62,989 nt of DNA, filler included, from Octopus bimaculoides (GCF_001194135.2; 14 parts of 13 records of this genome joined end to end with filler, not necessarily neighbours in it), one strand, 5' to 3'. Shown: positions 37,708 through 52,544, counted from the whole stretch's first letter. Notes: a model not told the origin generated them from the sequence alone. Numbers and translations: made by a program.

Positions 37708-39570
37708 AATCGATGCTATAGCTGCATTGCCTTTTTGTATTATTTTAACATTAAAGTTCTGTAACCACAATATTTTGATATTTAGTCTTAGCTGTCAGTC
37801 TCAAGGGAACTAAGCCTTTCAAAGAATTTCCAGTGAAATTTACGAAAATTTATAAATTCTCTTTGAAAAAAAAATAAATAATAAGAAAAAATGAAAGAAT
37901 TCCACGAAGTAAAGCAGAATAAGATAAATGTAAAATAACTCAATTTTTCATGTTTGAGGAAATTTTAACTTTTTTGTTTACTTTTCTTTCGCTTGTTTTA
38001 TTAAATTATACTGTATTTTTTCTTAAGTCGTAACTCTACAAACAAACGATGCAATGCTATTCAGCTGTGCATATTTGATTGTTTTGTTTTATACTTTCCA
38101 TTTGCCATTGTCTTCCTGGTTACTTGCAAAATACAGTTGTATGCTTCTATTTTTAAGAGCCTTAATATTCCTTTATGTATAAGCTTTTTTCCTTATTATT
38201 CTCATAAAAATCCTAAGAGTGCGTATACATATATGGTTTTATGCTTTTGTTCTTTCGCGTATTATTATTTTTTTATATATTTAATATTCTGTTCAAAGGA
38301 GAAACGCATTAGTGTAGTCTCTAGATGGCTTGTTGAATTTTACATTCAGTTAGATCAAGTGGGCATTTTACAGCTGGGATAAAGAACATAGTTTTTTTTT
38401 TCTATTAAAATCATTTTTCTTCTTTGCTATTTGATATTTTGGAAGGATGTTTATTCCTTTCTCTATGTACTGTTATCAGACATATTGCAGATATTTTACT
38501 TAAATGTAAGCCAAATCTGAACTATAACTCAATTAAACATTAATAAACTTTAAATGTTAGCTACATTATCTTTGAAGTAAAACAATTTACGAGTGTTTAA
38601 ACATTGTAGGCGCAGTTTTAACCGAACGTTTAACAGATTCGATTCACAATCATTACGTATTGAGTTCTTTTCCACTGTGTAGTATCTCTTAGAAATAGCA
38701 TTGTCTATAGCTTAGTGTTGAACTATGCATTGCGGTGTGAATTGTATGGAAAAAGTTTGTGTAGAACCTTTACAAACTTGCTGGCCCCGTGCCGTCAACG
38801 ATGACGTCTAATTCTAGTGTTTTATACATAAATAAGGTACAACACCAAGGTTTTAGTTTACTAACTCTTTTATTACCAAATTGTTTAATTAAAATCTCTC
38901 GGAAACTGATTGTTTCCTTCAAAAAAATTTAAAGTTTTCCTTCCTTCTTGTACGTCTTAAGGCCACATAAAGATGGCCGTGACTAAATACGGGATAAAAT
39001 ATGGATAGTAAATTAAATTAGTACTCTTGTCAATGTTATCTGGTCGTTGTCGTTTAAGGTGTGATATCGATGTTACTGAAAGAACGCTGGTTCACGAATA
39101 CAAACATTCACATACTTTCGTTGTACACACACACACATACAAGCATATACTCACACTGAGTTGAAACGCTGTTTGACTTTCTTTTCCACTGTAGAATTTC
39201 CATCATCCCACTACCAGTTTGTCATCTCCCTTTCCTTCCTTATTCCTCTATCACCCCTTCCTTCCTCATTCATATGTTGTGACAGAGAAAAACACAAGAA
39301 TATTATTATAGCAGATAAGATACACGACAGTCTCTTTGCCATTACTTTCTCTCAAACAATCTCGGTTATGGCTATTACTCTCACTACTTCTATACTGAAT
39401 TACTATTTTTTCTCCTTTCCCTTCACTTATACTACTCTTTCTCCCACTCCCTTCTGCGTTCGGTATATATNNNNNNNNNNNNNNNNNNNNNNNNNNNNNN
39501 NNNNNNNNNNNNNNTTAATTAATTAANNNNNNNNNNNNNNNNNNNNNNNNNNNNNNNNNNNNNNNNNNNN

Positions 39571-39628
<58 letters not shown>

Positions 39629-39879
39629 TGCGTGTGTGTTTGTCCAGGTGTGTCCAGTGACTTGACTGGTTGAATACCTATGAAATTTTACGCACAGAAT
39701 ATCGAATTATTCTGCCAGGTCAGATTTCAGACAACTTTTCTTTTACCATAACATTCCAGTTGATTTCGTAATACACAAACATGTATATGTAGTTGTGCAC
39801 ACATACACACATACATACATACATACATACATACATACATACATACATACATACACACATACATACATACAGTGTACGA

Positions 39880-40765
39880 TTTGGCAGTGAGCTCCTCAGG
39901 AAGCACTCTCTTCCTGATGATCTCCTATACAGCCCCAAAACAGCTGGGCTCTCTTACCTCAGAGAAAACCTGGATAGAAAACACTCAGCATACAAAAAAA
40001 AAAAAGAAAAAAACCATGCGTGGGTATGCTGCCTGAAAGCTTGAAGAAAACAGTAGAAGTGACACGAAGCGCAGCCTCTTTTGGACACATGACCAGTACA
40101 TCACATGACACTTTGAAGGCTATGCGTTTGCAATCCAGGAACAGGTGATTTCCACAATGTACCTGGTGAAAAAGAGAGACAGTGACGCTCTTGTAATCCC
40201 AAGATGCAACCGCATGTGTAGGCTGTGTCATGTTTTCTGTGGAAGACATTCTGCAGAATGTCATCACGAAACTACCTCCCTATGCAGCACGATGTTGTTG
40301 CTAAAACAATTTACAATGCCATCTGTTAAAAAGACTGTCCTGAAATAAACTTAGAAAATCCCTCCGGTATGGAATATATTCATAAACACCAACTCAAAAT
40401 CAAAGGAAAAGAGGATATCTATGGACAACTGCTTCGAAACCTCCAGCTTCTATATCCAGAATGTGAATTCATATTCATACCCCTAATAATTGGGGCAGTA
40501 GGTTTTAAAGGAGAATCTGGATAAACTGGGATTTTCAGAAAGAGAAATTGACCGGCTAATTCGTACATTACAAGTGCAATCTGTGAGTGGAACAGTAAAA
40601 ATATGCAAGACTTTTCTCAAGTTCCAAATGTGAATTTGTCTGTGTTGACTGCATCTCAAAGATGGAGCCTTGTATCTTTGTTGGAAACCGGCTTCCTGCT
40701 CAGTGGTCAAAGGAGGGACTAGAAACAACAGCGAAGTCCTATTCACTGCAGTCTCAATAAAAAGG
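39880..40765 (+). mobile_element. Distinct RLE-type (R4/Dong-related) LINE 3' portion, degraded
   Basis: FEGYAFAIQEQVISTMYL..CRLCH..HDVVAKTIYNAI..FIPLIIGAVG..VSGTVKICKTFLKFQM*, followed by a 3' UTR ending AATAAAAA. Confidence 0.75.
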
Positions 40766-41370
40766 AAGGACATATTAAAGCAATTTTGTGGAGGGGGAGT
40801 GATCGACCCCCGAATGGATGAAAGGTAAAGTTGACCTCGGCGCACGGAGACACTTGAGATAAAGTCATCCTAAACACACCACGTCTGAACTAAAAACGGG
40901 AGGTGGTCACGGATGGGGTGTCATTGTCTACAACGTTGTGGCAAACAGTGATGTCACCATTAAAATACATTAATGATGATGACGATTGTACTTTAGGGGG
41001 AGGGGATGGGCGGTAGGCTAGAGTAACATTATTCATACAACCACCACCACTGCACCCACCACCATCACTACCATCACCACAACCACCACCATTACCACTA
41101 TCATCATAACAATGAACAACATCAACAGCTTCGCTTCTCTATAACCATCACCACCACCACCACCACCATTAACAGCACCACATCACCATCACTATAGCCA
41201 CTATTATCGCGACCACTATAAGCCATGCCACTACTAATACTACTACAATAGCCAGTTACACACCAGTACCACAACTTCCACTACCGCAACCACCACCCCA
41301 CCACCCCAATACCCCAACAACCACTACCACCACAATTACCACAACAACGACGACCACCATCACCAGCCTG

Positions 41371-41429
<59 letters not shown>

Positions 41430-41905
41430 CACTACCACCACCACCACCACTTGTAGTTACACCAGAGATGTCCGCATCACCGCCNNNNNNNNNNNNNNNN
41501 NNNNNNNNNNNNNNNNNNNNNNNNNNNNNNNNNNNNNNNNNNNNNNNNNNNNNNNNNNNNNNNNNNNNNNNNNCTCCTCCCCCTTCCTCCTCCTTCTCCT
41601 CCCCTCTATCTACTCAGTTCTATTGAACTGCACCAATACTTCATGGTGGCCTATATTTCTTATAGCTATGCACACACACACACACGTACACACGCACATA
41701 CACGCACACACACATACACACACACATACACACACACACACACGCACGTATACAGAGATGTATATGTGCGTGTTTGTGTATGTATAAATAAGTGTATGTG
41801 TGTGGCGTAATGTAAATGTCGTCATATAAGTAATGTATTAAATAATATACTACAGCATATAAATATATATACACTATATATAGAAACATATACTTACATT
41901 CATTC

Positions 41906-41977
<72 letters not shown>

Positions 41978-42110
41978 CTATCTATCTATCTATCTTATAT
42001 ATATATATATNNNNNNNNNNNNNNNNNNNNNNNNNNNNNNNNNNNNNNNNNNNNTTAATTAATTAANNNNNNNNNNNNNNNNNNNNNNNNNNNNNNNNNN
42101 NNNNNNNNNN

Positions 42111-42212
42111 GTGTGATCCATAGGGATCTTTGATATTAAAATTGTAACCTTCTCATGCTTTCCCTGATGAGAAGGTTACAATTTTAATATCAAAGATCCC
42201 TATGGATCACAC
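42111..42212. repeat. Perfect 46-bp inverted repeat with a 10-nt loop at a contig start
   Basis: 42111-42156 is the exact reverse complement of 42167-42212. Confidence 0.95.
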
Positions 42213-43249
42213 AGGTTGTAATCCTTTGAAACATATGTAGGAATAAAGTATGCAATTATAACATGCGTTTTCTCCAATCCTTAAATTCTTATATATATAT
42301 ATATATATATATATGAATACATATTTGTTATGTGTTGGATAAGTATGTAGTGTTTAGATGTCTGTATATTTGTGTATGTATATGTATATATATATGTGTA
42401 TATATGACACACCTGCAACTTCATTTGCCTACAATAATGTAAACTGCTTGTGCTTTTTAGATAATTGCATACATTGTTGAGAGCAGGTAACCTGCAACCC
42501 ACAGGATTTTCTGAAGGGCATGCCTAATGAAACGTGACCGTGAATTTAGTTGTGTGGCCCTTCTCATGGGGCCCTCTTCCCTAAAAAGGTTGCCGCCTCT
42601 GCTTGGCTTAAGGGCTTTGATTGGTCCTGTGCAAGTCCATACCACATTTTAGAAAGCTTCAAGCAGAGGAATTGCATGATCATAGCATCCCCTGTTATGT
42701 GTTGCATGCTATGGATGGCTGTAGTGGAGACAGGTGAAACACTCTTAGGATCAATAACACGCATCAGTGTGGGTGTAATCTCTATGAATATCTGCACCAA
42801 GATGCACTCATTGTTACCACATCAGTGCAAAAGAGTCTAAGGTCTGTAGCTATTTATATCTAATTGTTCTAAATCAAATTACAGCTGCCATGTATATATA
42901 TATATTTGAAGATAAGCAACATTATGCAGCTGAGGAGTACATTTTCATTGTACATTCTGTGGTGTTCTCACCACATGAATAAATGGAGCTTGTACGAAAC
43001 GTACGTACTGCTATAACCTATTGAATCTTTGTTGCTTACCTTCAAATTTTATTCACCAAATCTCTTGATTTTGTTTTTGGTTTTTATCCTACCAAATTCT
43101 GGTGCCTCAAACATTTTAAGTACCACATTTAATCTTTCGATTAAATCTATATTATNNNNNNNNNNATACATTTATTACTGGTGAAGGCTTGTTATATATA
43201 TATATACATTTATTACTGGTGAAGGCTTGTTATATATATATATATATAT

Positions 43250-43495
43250 GAGGATGAACTCTCCCATCGTTAGACAACGTATGAGGGTTTGACAATTTCT
43301 TACCAAACAACCACACAGGTGATTTGTAGACTGGTCAAATGTTTGTGTACATATAAGCTTACTCCCTCCATCAGATCGACATTACTTGTACAGGTGAGAC
43401 TGGGTGCCATATGTCAGATGTTGAAATGATCACAGAGCAACGTGAAATGAAGTGTTTTGCTCAAGAACACAACACAACACCCAGTCTGGGAACCA
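43250..43495 (-). mobile_element. tRNA-derived SINE with a family-C-like head and a different body
   Basis: The reverse complement has TGGCTTGGTGGTAAAG...GGGTTTGGTTCCC then TTCTTGAGCAAAACACTTCATTTCACGTTGCTC. Confidence 0.6.
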
Positions 43496-44702
43496 AACCC
43501 ATGATCTCGCAACTGTGAGTGTAACACCTTTACCACCAAGCCATACAGGTTCCAGTAGTATGGAAACAAGATTGTCAAAGAGATTGGGTAAAGCCAGCAT
43601 AGTGTGTAAGGACATAGAAATGCTCGAGACACTAAAAGCATGCAGTGTCAGATCACATTGGCAGGAAGGGAATTCTAGTTCTTGTCAGATCGTTTAGTAA
43701 GGAGAAAGAGACTTTGATGTAAAACCTGAATACGGTTCAGTCTCTGCAGAGTTGACCAATGTTGGGCCAACAGGGAGTGAAATCTAGGTATTCAGTATGA
43801 AAAGTGAATGTAGTTCCCTACACACATCAGGCCCAGTGGTCAGTACAAGAACTAATAACTGATTTTTTCCAAAGATGTTTGTTGCATCCTGAACATCTAT
43901 GATAATGAAAGGGCATCGCTTGGATAGTTTCTTCACCCATGTGGACATGCAAAAATAGGTATAAGCTGTATAGGAGATGATTCTTTACTTAAATAGCCAG
44001 CGTCTTCCTCCATTTACTTCTGCTCTTTAAGGAACATCATCTGCGTCTAAAACGGACTGGCACCGGGACATGGGTCGGCTTGCTTCAATCATGTATGCGA
44101 AGAGGTATGGCACTGCTGGAGCAATTTCCATCTAGCAAATCTTCTCATAAGGTCAGCCTGGGGCTATAGGAGAAGAATTGTGGCCAAAGTGTTGCATAAG
44201 ACTGAAGCTGAAACCATGCTTTTGGAATTTTCCCTAGCAGTCACAAAATCCCATATTTGATCCCTACTTCAGGCATCTTTGCAAGGGTCTTTTACCGGTG
44301 TCTCGGCTGAGCCCCAAGCCTTCAGAGTAATATTAGGTAGATGGAAAGTGTACTGAATCCTAGTAGATAGACTGTAGCCATAGTTCAAAAGTGTAGCCTT
44401 GTAACATAGTGTTACATTGATTCTGTTTGAAAATTATGTTAAGGGTACATGTGTCTGTGGAATACTCAACCACTTATATGATAATTAAGTAATTGGTTCA
44501 ATTGGTTATACAACTGGGCATGTATTGTTCTTGCCAGGAGAAGTCATCATGTGTGTTCATGCATATAAGTCTGTAAGTATGTATATTATATATGTGTGTA
44601 TATATGCAAATATGTATGTATATATATGTGTGTGTATGTATGTATGTATATATGTATGTATGTATATACATATGTGAGTATGTTTGTATGTATGAAAAAA
44701 TG

Positions 44703-44759
<57 letters not shown>

Positions 44760-44782
44760 GTATATATATGTATGTATGTATG

Positions 44783-44818
<36 letters not shown>

Positions 44819-44932
44819 TGTATGCATGCATGCAAATATGTATATATCTATTATGTATGTATTTTTAATTTACCTAAAATTATTTACACTTCTTTAAATT
44901 TGCTACAATTTAAATTGAATTTAACTAATTCT

Positions 44933-44964
<32 letters not shown>

Positions 44965-45344
44965 TATGATGACGGTGGTTATGATGATGATGATAATGAT
45001 GGCGACGACAACGATGATGTCTTTGCTAAGTAGAATGCTTCAGATTTGTAATGGGAGGAANNNNNNNNNNNNNNNNNNNNNNNNNNNNNNNNNNNNNNNN
45101 NNNNNNNNNNNNNNNNNNNNNNNNNNNNNNNNNNNNNNNNNNNNNNNNNNNNNNNNNNNNNNNNNNGCCCTCCCCAGTATATAACTGGTACTTTGTTTTA
45201 CTGAACCCCTTCCTCTGACAGATGAAAGTTAAAAGCCTGGTTGTACATGAACACAGAGCATAGAGAGATGGAACAGGCCACAAGGTGTTTCATCTCTCTC
45301 AGTCTACAGTTTCAGCTGTATACAGGCATGATGATAGTTGGGTC

Positions 45345-45905
45345 TGAAACTGTGTGAAAAGTCGGGGCTAGAGAGAGGCGAGATGTGGCATGAGCATACA
45401 CTGCAGAGAGTGGTGGAGTCGGAGAGTAGCAAAATGCTCTGGGATTTCCCAATCAAAATAGATCAGGTGCTTGAGCATAACAGACTGGGTGTAGTGGTGG
45501 TGGACAAGGCGCACCGCATGTGCTGTAATGGTTGATGTTGTGTGCCCCTTTGACCCACGAATAGTCAAGAAGGAAGGCGAAAAGATAGACAGACACAGCC
45601 CTCTTAAATACGAAATAGCCCGGCTATGCAAAATGAAGAAGGTGAAGGTAGTGCCAATTATTGTTGGGTCCTTGGGGACAGTATCAGAAGGCATCAAGAG
45701 GAACATAAAGGAAATTGGAATAGAGGGCCCAGTAGAACTGTTACAAAAGGTTCGCCTCCTTGGCATGGCCAGAATAATAAAGAAAGTATTAGATAGCAGA
45801 AAAGAACGGATAGCATGGTACCGTAGGCTGTAGGTAGCAAGCCCGCTACACATGCAAGACTCCAGGAGTTCGAACAAAACCTGTGATAAAAAGAAACACA
45901 ACAAC
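45345..45905 (+). mobile_element. Dong/R4-type RLE endonuclease domain plus 3' UTR
   Basis: KMLWDFPIKIDQVLEHNR..VVVDK, frameshift, MVDVVCPFD..EKIDRH..VVPIIVGSLG..LLQKVRLLGMARIIKKVL. Ends at (AAC/AAT)n. Confidence 0.85.
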
Positions 45906-45919
45906 AATAATAATCCTTT

Positions 45920-46122
45920 CTACTGAGGCATGAGGCCTGAAATATGGGGGAGAGGGACTAGTCGATTACATCGACCCCAGTGTCTCACTGGTACTTAACT
46001 TATCGACCCCGAAAGGATGAAAGGTAAAGTCGACCATGGCCGAATTTGAACTCAGAATATAACAACAGACAAGATGTCGTTAAGCATTTCGCCTGAAGTG
46101 CTAATGATGCTGCCAGCTGCCT
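45920..46122 (-). mobile_element. SINE family A
   Basis: Full-length reverse-complement match with partial CpG decay. Confidence 0.8.
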
Positions 46123-46239
46123 TCAACAGCAATAATAAATAATGGTGATGATGATGATGATGATGATGATGACGGTGATGACGATGATGAATCCTTTTAT
46201 TTGCCACAGGGCATTGGATGAGAGGGACATTACAAGGAC

Positions 46240-46274
<35 letters not shown>

Positions 46275-46381
46275 CAGTAATATTAATGATGATGATGACT
46301 TTGTTAATAAAGATAATGAGAACCATAAGAAGTAATTATAGTTTATCACGAAGTAGTAGTAGTAGTAGAAGTAGTAGTAGT

Positions 46382-46434
<53 letters not shown>

Positions 46435-47857
46435 AGTAGTAGTAGTAGTAGTGACAATGCTAATCTGAAAAAGTATTTCCTTTATTTGTTGTAATAGTGA
46501 AGGGTGGGGGAGAGGGGGGGAGANNNNNNNNNNNNNNNNNNNNNNNNNNNNNNNNNNNNNNNNNNNNNNNNNNNNNNNNNNNNNNNNNNNNNNNNNNNNN
46601 NNNNNNNNNNNNNNNNNNNNNNNNNNNNNNNNNNNNNNNNNNNNNNNNNNNNNNNNNNNNNNNNNNNNNNNNNNNNNNNNNNNNNNNNNNNNNNNNNNNN
46701 NNNNNNNNNNNNNNNNNNNNNNNNNNNNNNNNNNNNNNNNNNNNNNNNNNNNNNNNNNNNNNNNNNNNNNNGCAGTGGCAGTGAAGTCAGTTTTGTGGGT
46801 GGTGCTTTCATGGGGAGTCAAATACGAGAGAAAACAAGCTACAGGCAACGAGAGAGTTATGAAATGAAATGAAACGAAGTAAAATGAAATGAAATGAAAC
46901 GACCCCCACCGAGAGTAATACATTCACTTAGAGATGAAATCTGATGGACCCAGCATTGATCAAGGATCAACCCTTATTGCCAATGAAAAGTGACCTTCTC
47001 CTGGCTGAGTAGTCCCCCCCTGCCCCCGAGCCATCCTACAGCTGGGAGTCGACCTATTCACTCAAATCATACTCAACACTTTGGCATTTTCTCCTCCACT
47101 CTTACTTGCCTCTCTCAACATCATCATCCACCCCACCACCACAACCAAACTGTCTCCACCCCTACCACTCACACGGCCGTTACCTGCTTTCCATGATACT
47201 TAATTAAACTTTTAGTATTCAGATTACTCCATCAAATGTAACACCTGTGTTTTCACACCATTTCCAGTTAATCCTGCATCACCTTGTAACCCTGAGATTT
47301 CACAGATGTGATTGTTTAATCTCAGAATAACATTGTAGATCAGGTGGGACAGGTCGGATCTGGCCAGTGTGAACATAAAAACTGGTAGAATATTTGGGCC
47401 ACATATGACTGGTTTAAAGAGCGAACTGACCAAGAACATAATATTCCCCCTGAACAGGATGCTAGTCCCTTTCAGAGTTACTCACTCAAAGCTGAGTTAA
47501 CTGGAGCAATACAAAAAGAACGCAACACACTGTCTGCTTTCGGGAGTTCAATGCCGTAACCACAAGAGCACATGGGTCCATTCACTCCGTATGGAACTTG
47601 ATAAAGAGAAATAAGGGCCTGCTTGGTAAGAAAGTGCAAGAGGAACTCAACAAAATCCTCCAGATATTCTCAGTATAGAAAACACTTTGTAGTGCTCAAA
47701 TGATCCAAACTTTGATTCTGATGTCTTTACGAGGAACAAATTCCAGGGGGTAAAGAATGGTTACAAAAGGGATCAAGTTGAGTAGATAGGGAGGCAATTA
47801 TATGGATAAACAAATTAAATATAACAACTTGAATTTGATATACAAAATATGTATGTG

Positions 47858-47898
<41 letters not shown>

Positions 47899-48164
47899 NN
47901 NNNNNNNNNNNNNNNNNNNNNNNNNNNNNNNNNNNNNNNNNNNNNNNNNNNNNNNNNNNNNNNNNNNNNNNNNNNNNNNNNNNNNNNNNNNNNNNNNNNN
48001 NNNNNNNNNNNNNNNNNNNNNNNNNNNNNNNNNNNNNNNNNNNNNNNNNNNNATATATAGGTAAGGGGCTCTGAAAGGGTCTCAGGGAGTAACGTCTCTG
48101 CCTTCCTGAGCTAGTTTTCCACCACATTTATTAAAAATTGTGGTAGGGGCCTTGTTCTCGGGGA

Positions 48165-48420
48165 CCACTCATGTTTAGAAACTGAGACTGGGGATAAGCA
48201 AGGGCATGCTCCCTGTAGAAAATCCAGCTCCAAAAAAGCCTCATGATAGCAAGGGAGGATGGGCACCAGCCAGCCAGCCAAAAGGTTGGGGTAGACTGCA
48301 CTTGCTTACCTTGGTTGCTATGGTATTGAGGTAGATCCGGCCACCCCCGTTAACGGGGACAAAACCCGGATTTAAAACACTGCATGCATGGAAGATGGAT
48401 GTTAAACGATGATGATGATG
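48165..48420 (+). mobile_element. Retroelement with an RTE-like (GAT)n tail
   Basis: GATAAGCAAGGGCATGCTCCCTGTAG...GCATGGAAGATGGATGTTAAACGATGATGATG. Confidence 0.45.
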
Positions 48421-48508
48421 TATGTATGTATGTATATATTTTGTATAGCAAATCCAAGCTGTTATATTTAATCTGTTTATCCGCATAATTGCCTCCATAT
48501 GTATATAT

Positions 48509-48555
<47 letters not shown>

Positions 48556-49030
48556 TATGTGTACATATGTATCTTGGGCAGATGTACACTGGAATGTTAG
48601 AATTACTTTGGCTGGTGTCCGAGAGTGCAGCAAACCCACTAGGATGGAGGGACCCTCGGTCATTATTAAGGCATCCTTCTAGGACAAATTTCACTTATAC
48701 ATAGAACCCGTTGCTCTACCGAGTTGGACATCTTGCACTCTGCTTGTTTCTGGATTTCGTGGTATTGCTAGGCAGAGTTGAATTGGAGCTGTGCACGTTG
48801 CCCTCAACAGAAAGCCCTTCCAAAGAGCATTGCTGACACATTTGTCAGTGATGGTCAGGCTCATGTAACCAGTGGATAATCATCATTTATGTATGCCTGC
48901 ATGTTTATATATATATATATATATATATATNNNNNNNNNNNNNNNNNNNNNNNNNNNNNNNNNNNNNNNNNNNNTTAATTAATTAANNNNNNNNNNNNNN
49001 NNNNNNNNNNNNNNNNNNNNNNNNNNNNNN

Positions 49031-49084
<54 letters not shown>

Positions 49085-49747
49085 TATATACATACAATTC
49101 TATATACATATATACATACACATATATATACATATATACACACATACATATATATAGATGATTTCTTTAAATCGTATACATCCCTTGCGATACCAATCAT
49201 CAACCTAAAATTATTTTTACATACATCTCCAAAATACTATTCAATAATAAGCTATTATCTATTTTTTTCTGAAAAGAACTCTCATCCTAAAAGCAGTCTT
49301 AATATATTTTGTTCTATATTTAGTGAAATAGAGACATTTATTTTCTATAATTTCTCATTTATCTTTCTTATAGAAAGCCACATTAAAAGCTTTTCTCTTT
49401 AGCTTTATTTAATACGTATTGTAATCTCGTAGTCGGTACTGAAAGACAACTGTTATAATGGTTAAAGCAAATTTTCAAACAGTAACATCACATTTCTTTT
49501 TTAATGTAGCTTCGAGCAAACATCGTTCAATAGACGCACAGCAGAGGCACACACGAACACGCACGTATACACAGACACGCACATATACGCATGTATTAAT
49601 ATATACTCATATATGCAAACACACCGTATATATATATATATATATATATAAACACATTATATATAAATATAAACACATTATATATAAATATATATACATC
49701 ATGTATATATGTATATATATGTATATATATATGTATATATATATATG

Positions 49748-49778
<31 letters not shown>

Positions 49779-50436
49779 GTATATATGTACATATATGCAT
49801 CTATACATGCATCCTTTCAAGTATATATTACTACATATATACGGACATTCAGACATATAGACATATATACATTTATACATGCATACATATACATATGCAT
49901 ACGCACATATACACATACGCAGGTACGCACGCATACATACACACACACGCTCATAATTATAATACATACATACTTACAAGCATTGAAGTATATACTCTTG
50001 CATACATACATACATACATACATATATACATTTATACATGCAAACAAATACACATAGATACATACATATCTACATACATACATGCATACAAATACACATA
50101 CATACATACATACATACATACATACATACATACATGCATACATGCATAAATGCTGGAAGCCATTTGGTATTGAGTCCTACCACTTGGAAATTTGGAAGTT
50201 TATTTGATGTTACCATAGAAACGCGCACAGAAGAGCCAACCTGGGCAGTTACATTGTGTGGCAAGCTTCGTTTATGCCCCCTTCTAGGTCCCTTTCTAGG
50301 TTAACAACTGAATAGAGTTTTTCCTCCAAAGTGCTGCACAGTCCCTCGGGATAACACCGAATTTCTCCATTAGCACAATTTGAGAAAGAAGCAACATATA
50401 TACCAAACCTCTAACGCAGTTATTCCCTAACGAACC

Positions 50437-50516
<80 letters not shown>

Positions 50517-51528
50517 NNNNNNNNNNNNNNNNNNNNNNNNNNNNNNNNNNNNNNNNNNNNTTAATTAATTAANNNNNNNNNNNNNNNNNNNNNNNNNNNN
50601 NNNNNNNNNNNNNNNNTTCTTCTTCTTCTTCTTCTTCTTCTTCTTCGTCATCATTATGATCATCATCGTCGTCGTCGTCGTCGTCATCATCCTCATCATC
50701 ATCATCATCATCACAGTCGTCATCATCCTCAACAACATCGTTTGCATCGTTATTTCGTTCATTATCATAATCACAATCCTCCACAGCTAAGTTTTTGTTG
50801 TTCATATTTTACTTGTTGTTGTTGCTATTGCTGTTGTTGTTGTTGTTGTTGTTCTTCTTCTTCTTCTTCTTCTTCTTCTACTTCTTCTTCTTCTTCTCCT
50901 CCTTCTTCTTCTTCTCCTCCTCCTCCTCCTTCTTCTTCTTCTTCTTCTTCTCCNNNNNNNNNNNNNNNNNNNNNNNNNNNNNNNNNNNNNNNNNNNNNNN
51001 NNNNNNNNNNNNNNNNNNNNNNNNNNNNNNNNNNNNNNNNNNNNNNNNNNNNNNNNNNNNNNNNNNNNNNNNNNNNNNNNNNNNNNNNNNNNNNNNNNNN
51101 NNNNNNNNNNNNNNNNNNNNNNNNNNNNNNNNNNNNNNNNNNNNNNNNNNNNNNNNNNNNNNNNNNNNNNNNNNNNNNNNNTCTTCTTCTTCTTCTTCTT
51201 CTTCTTCTTCTTCTTCTTCTTCTTCTTCTTCTTCTTCTTCTTCGTCACTAATACCGTCACCAAGAGCATGGTAATTGTTATCGTCGTCGTCGTTACTGTC
51301 GTCATCATTATCGATAAAATAAAGTACCAGTTGAGTACTGTGGTCGATGCTATCAACAAGCACCCGTTCACCAAAATTTCAGACCTTGTGACGACAGCAA
51401 AAATGATTATTATTATTATTACCAATATGAAGGACTCCAATAGCAGTCCTCTCCATCATTAATTATTACTCCACCATCATGACGTCATCATCATCACATG
51501 ATGACCATTACTACATCTTCATCATTTT

Positions 51529-51574
<46 letters not shown>

Positions 51575-51914
51575 GTTGGTACTGCTGCTGCTGTTGCAAT
51601 CTTTACCAAGCCTATTGCAATCAACACTGGCGGAACCTCTGCGTCGGTCGCTCTCATGCTGGAAATAGTAGCCGAATCTTAGTGCTAAAAATGCAAGGAC
51701 ACTGGTTTAGGTAGCGTCAGATACGTTATGTCTGATATATTAAAAGGGATGAGAATGTTGAAGCACTTTTGGCCATTGATATGCATAATCTTGTGGGATG
51801 AGAATACCTCCATTAGCGATGCTGACCGTGGTGGGTCTTGGTAGTGCTGGTGACTGCGGGAGAGAGTGGGCATTCGCGGATTTGTTGGTGATTTTAGGCA
51901 ATCAATCGTAAAGG

Positions 51915-52210
51915 GAGGGGTTTGTCGATTACATCGACCCCAGTATTTAACGTGTACTTTATTTCATTGATCCCAAAAGGATGAAAGGCACAATAGACCT
52001 CGGCGGTATTTGATCTCAGAACGTGAAGAACAGGTGGTGGACTGGGCACTTGTGTTGTTGTTGTTGGTTTTAGGCAAGCAATTTTAAAGGGAAAGGACAA
52101 GTGGATTAGATCGACCCAAGTACTTGGCTGGTATCTTATCTTAACGACCCCAAAATAATGCATGCAAGACAGAATAGACCTCAATGGTACTTGAGCTCCG
52201 AACGTAAGGA
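51915..52210 (-). mobile_element. Two tandem partial SINE-A copies
   Basis: GATTACATCGACCCCAG...GGATGAAAGGC...CTCAGAACG occurs twice. Confidence 0.65.
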
Positions 52211-52246
52211 AATTGTGGTGGAACGGGTACTTGTGGAGGATTGCAA

Positions 52247-52544
52247 GTAAGTTCACCGCCACCGAATTATCGCAGGGAAAGTGAAAGTTCAACGCCATCA
52301 ATTCACCGAGAAGAAAGATCACCATGAGGAAAGTTCACCGAGAGGACAGTTTACCGAGAAAATATATCCATAGTATCTAACCATTAATTGTTAAAAACCA
52401 TTTTGTTAAAAAAAACAAAACAAAAAAATGGTAAATTAATGACGGCGAACTTTCCTTGTGGTGAATTGGTGACGTTGAACTTACTCTGCGGTGAACTGGT
52501 GATGTTGAACTTCCCCTGCTGTGAATTGATGACGGTAAACTTAC
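52247..52544. mobile_element. Foldback/MITE-like element with inverted arms made of 30-nt subrepeats
   Basis: Left end GTAAGTTCACCGCCACC versus right-end reverse complement GTAAGTTTACCGTCATC. The right arm has 30-nt units at 52441, 52471, 52501 and a partial unit at 52531. Confidence 0.6.

Noticed and set aside
43156-43230. Direct duplication next to a 10-N gap
   Set aside because: An exact repeat at a minimal gap is typical of an unmerged contig overlap.
43440-43495. tRNA-like sequences at SINE heads
   Set aside because: They do not form complete cloverleafs and continue into SINE bodies, so they are not tRNA genes.
49458-50304. Long Y/I/H/T-rich ORFs (also at 44498-45184, 59288-59902 and ORFs crossing N-runs)
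   Set aside because: They are translations of (TA)n, (CA)n and (TACA)n repeats or of gaps.
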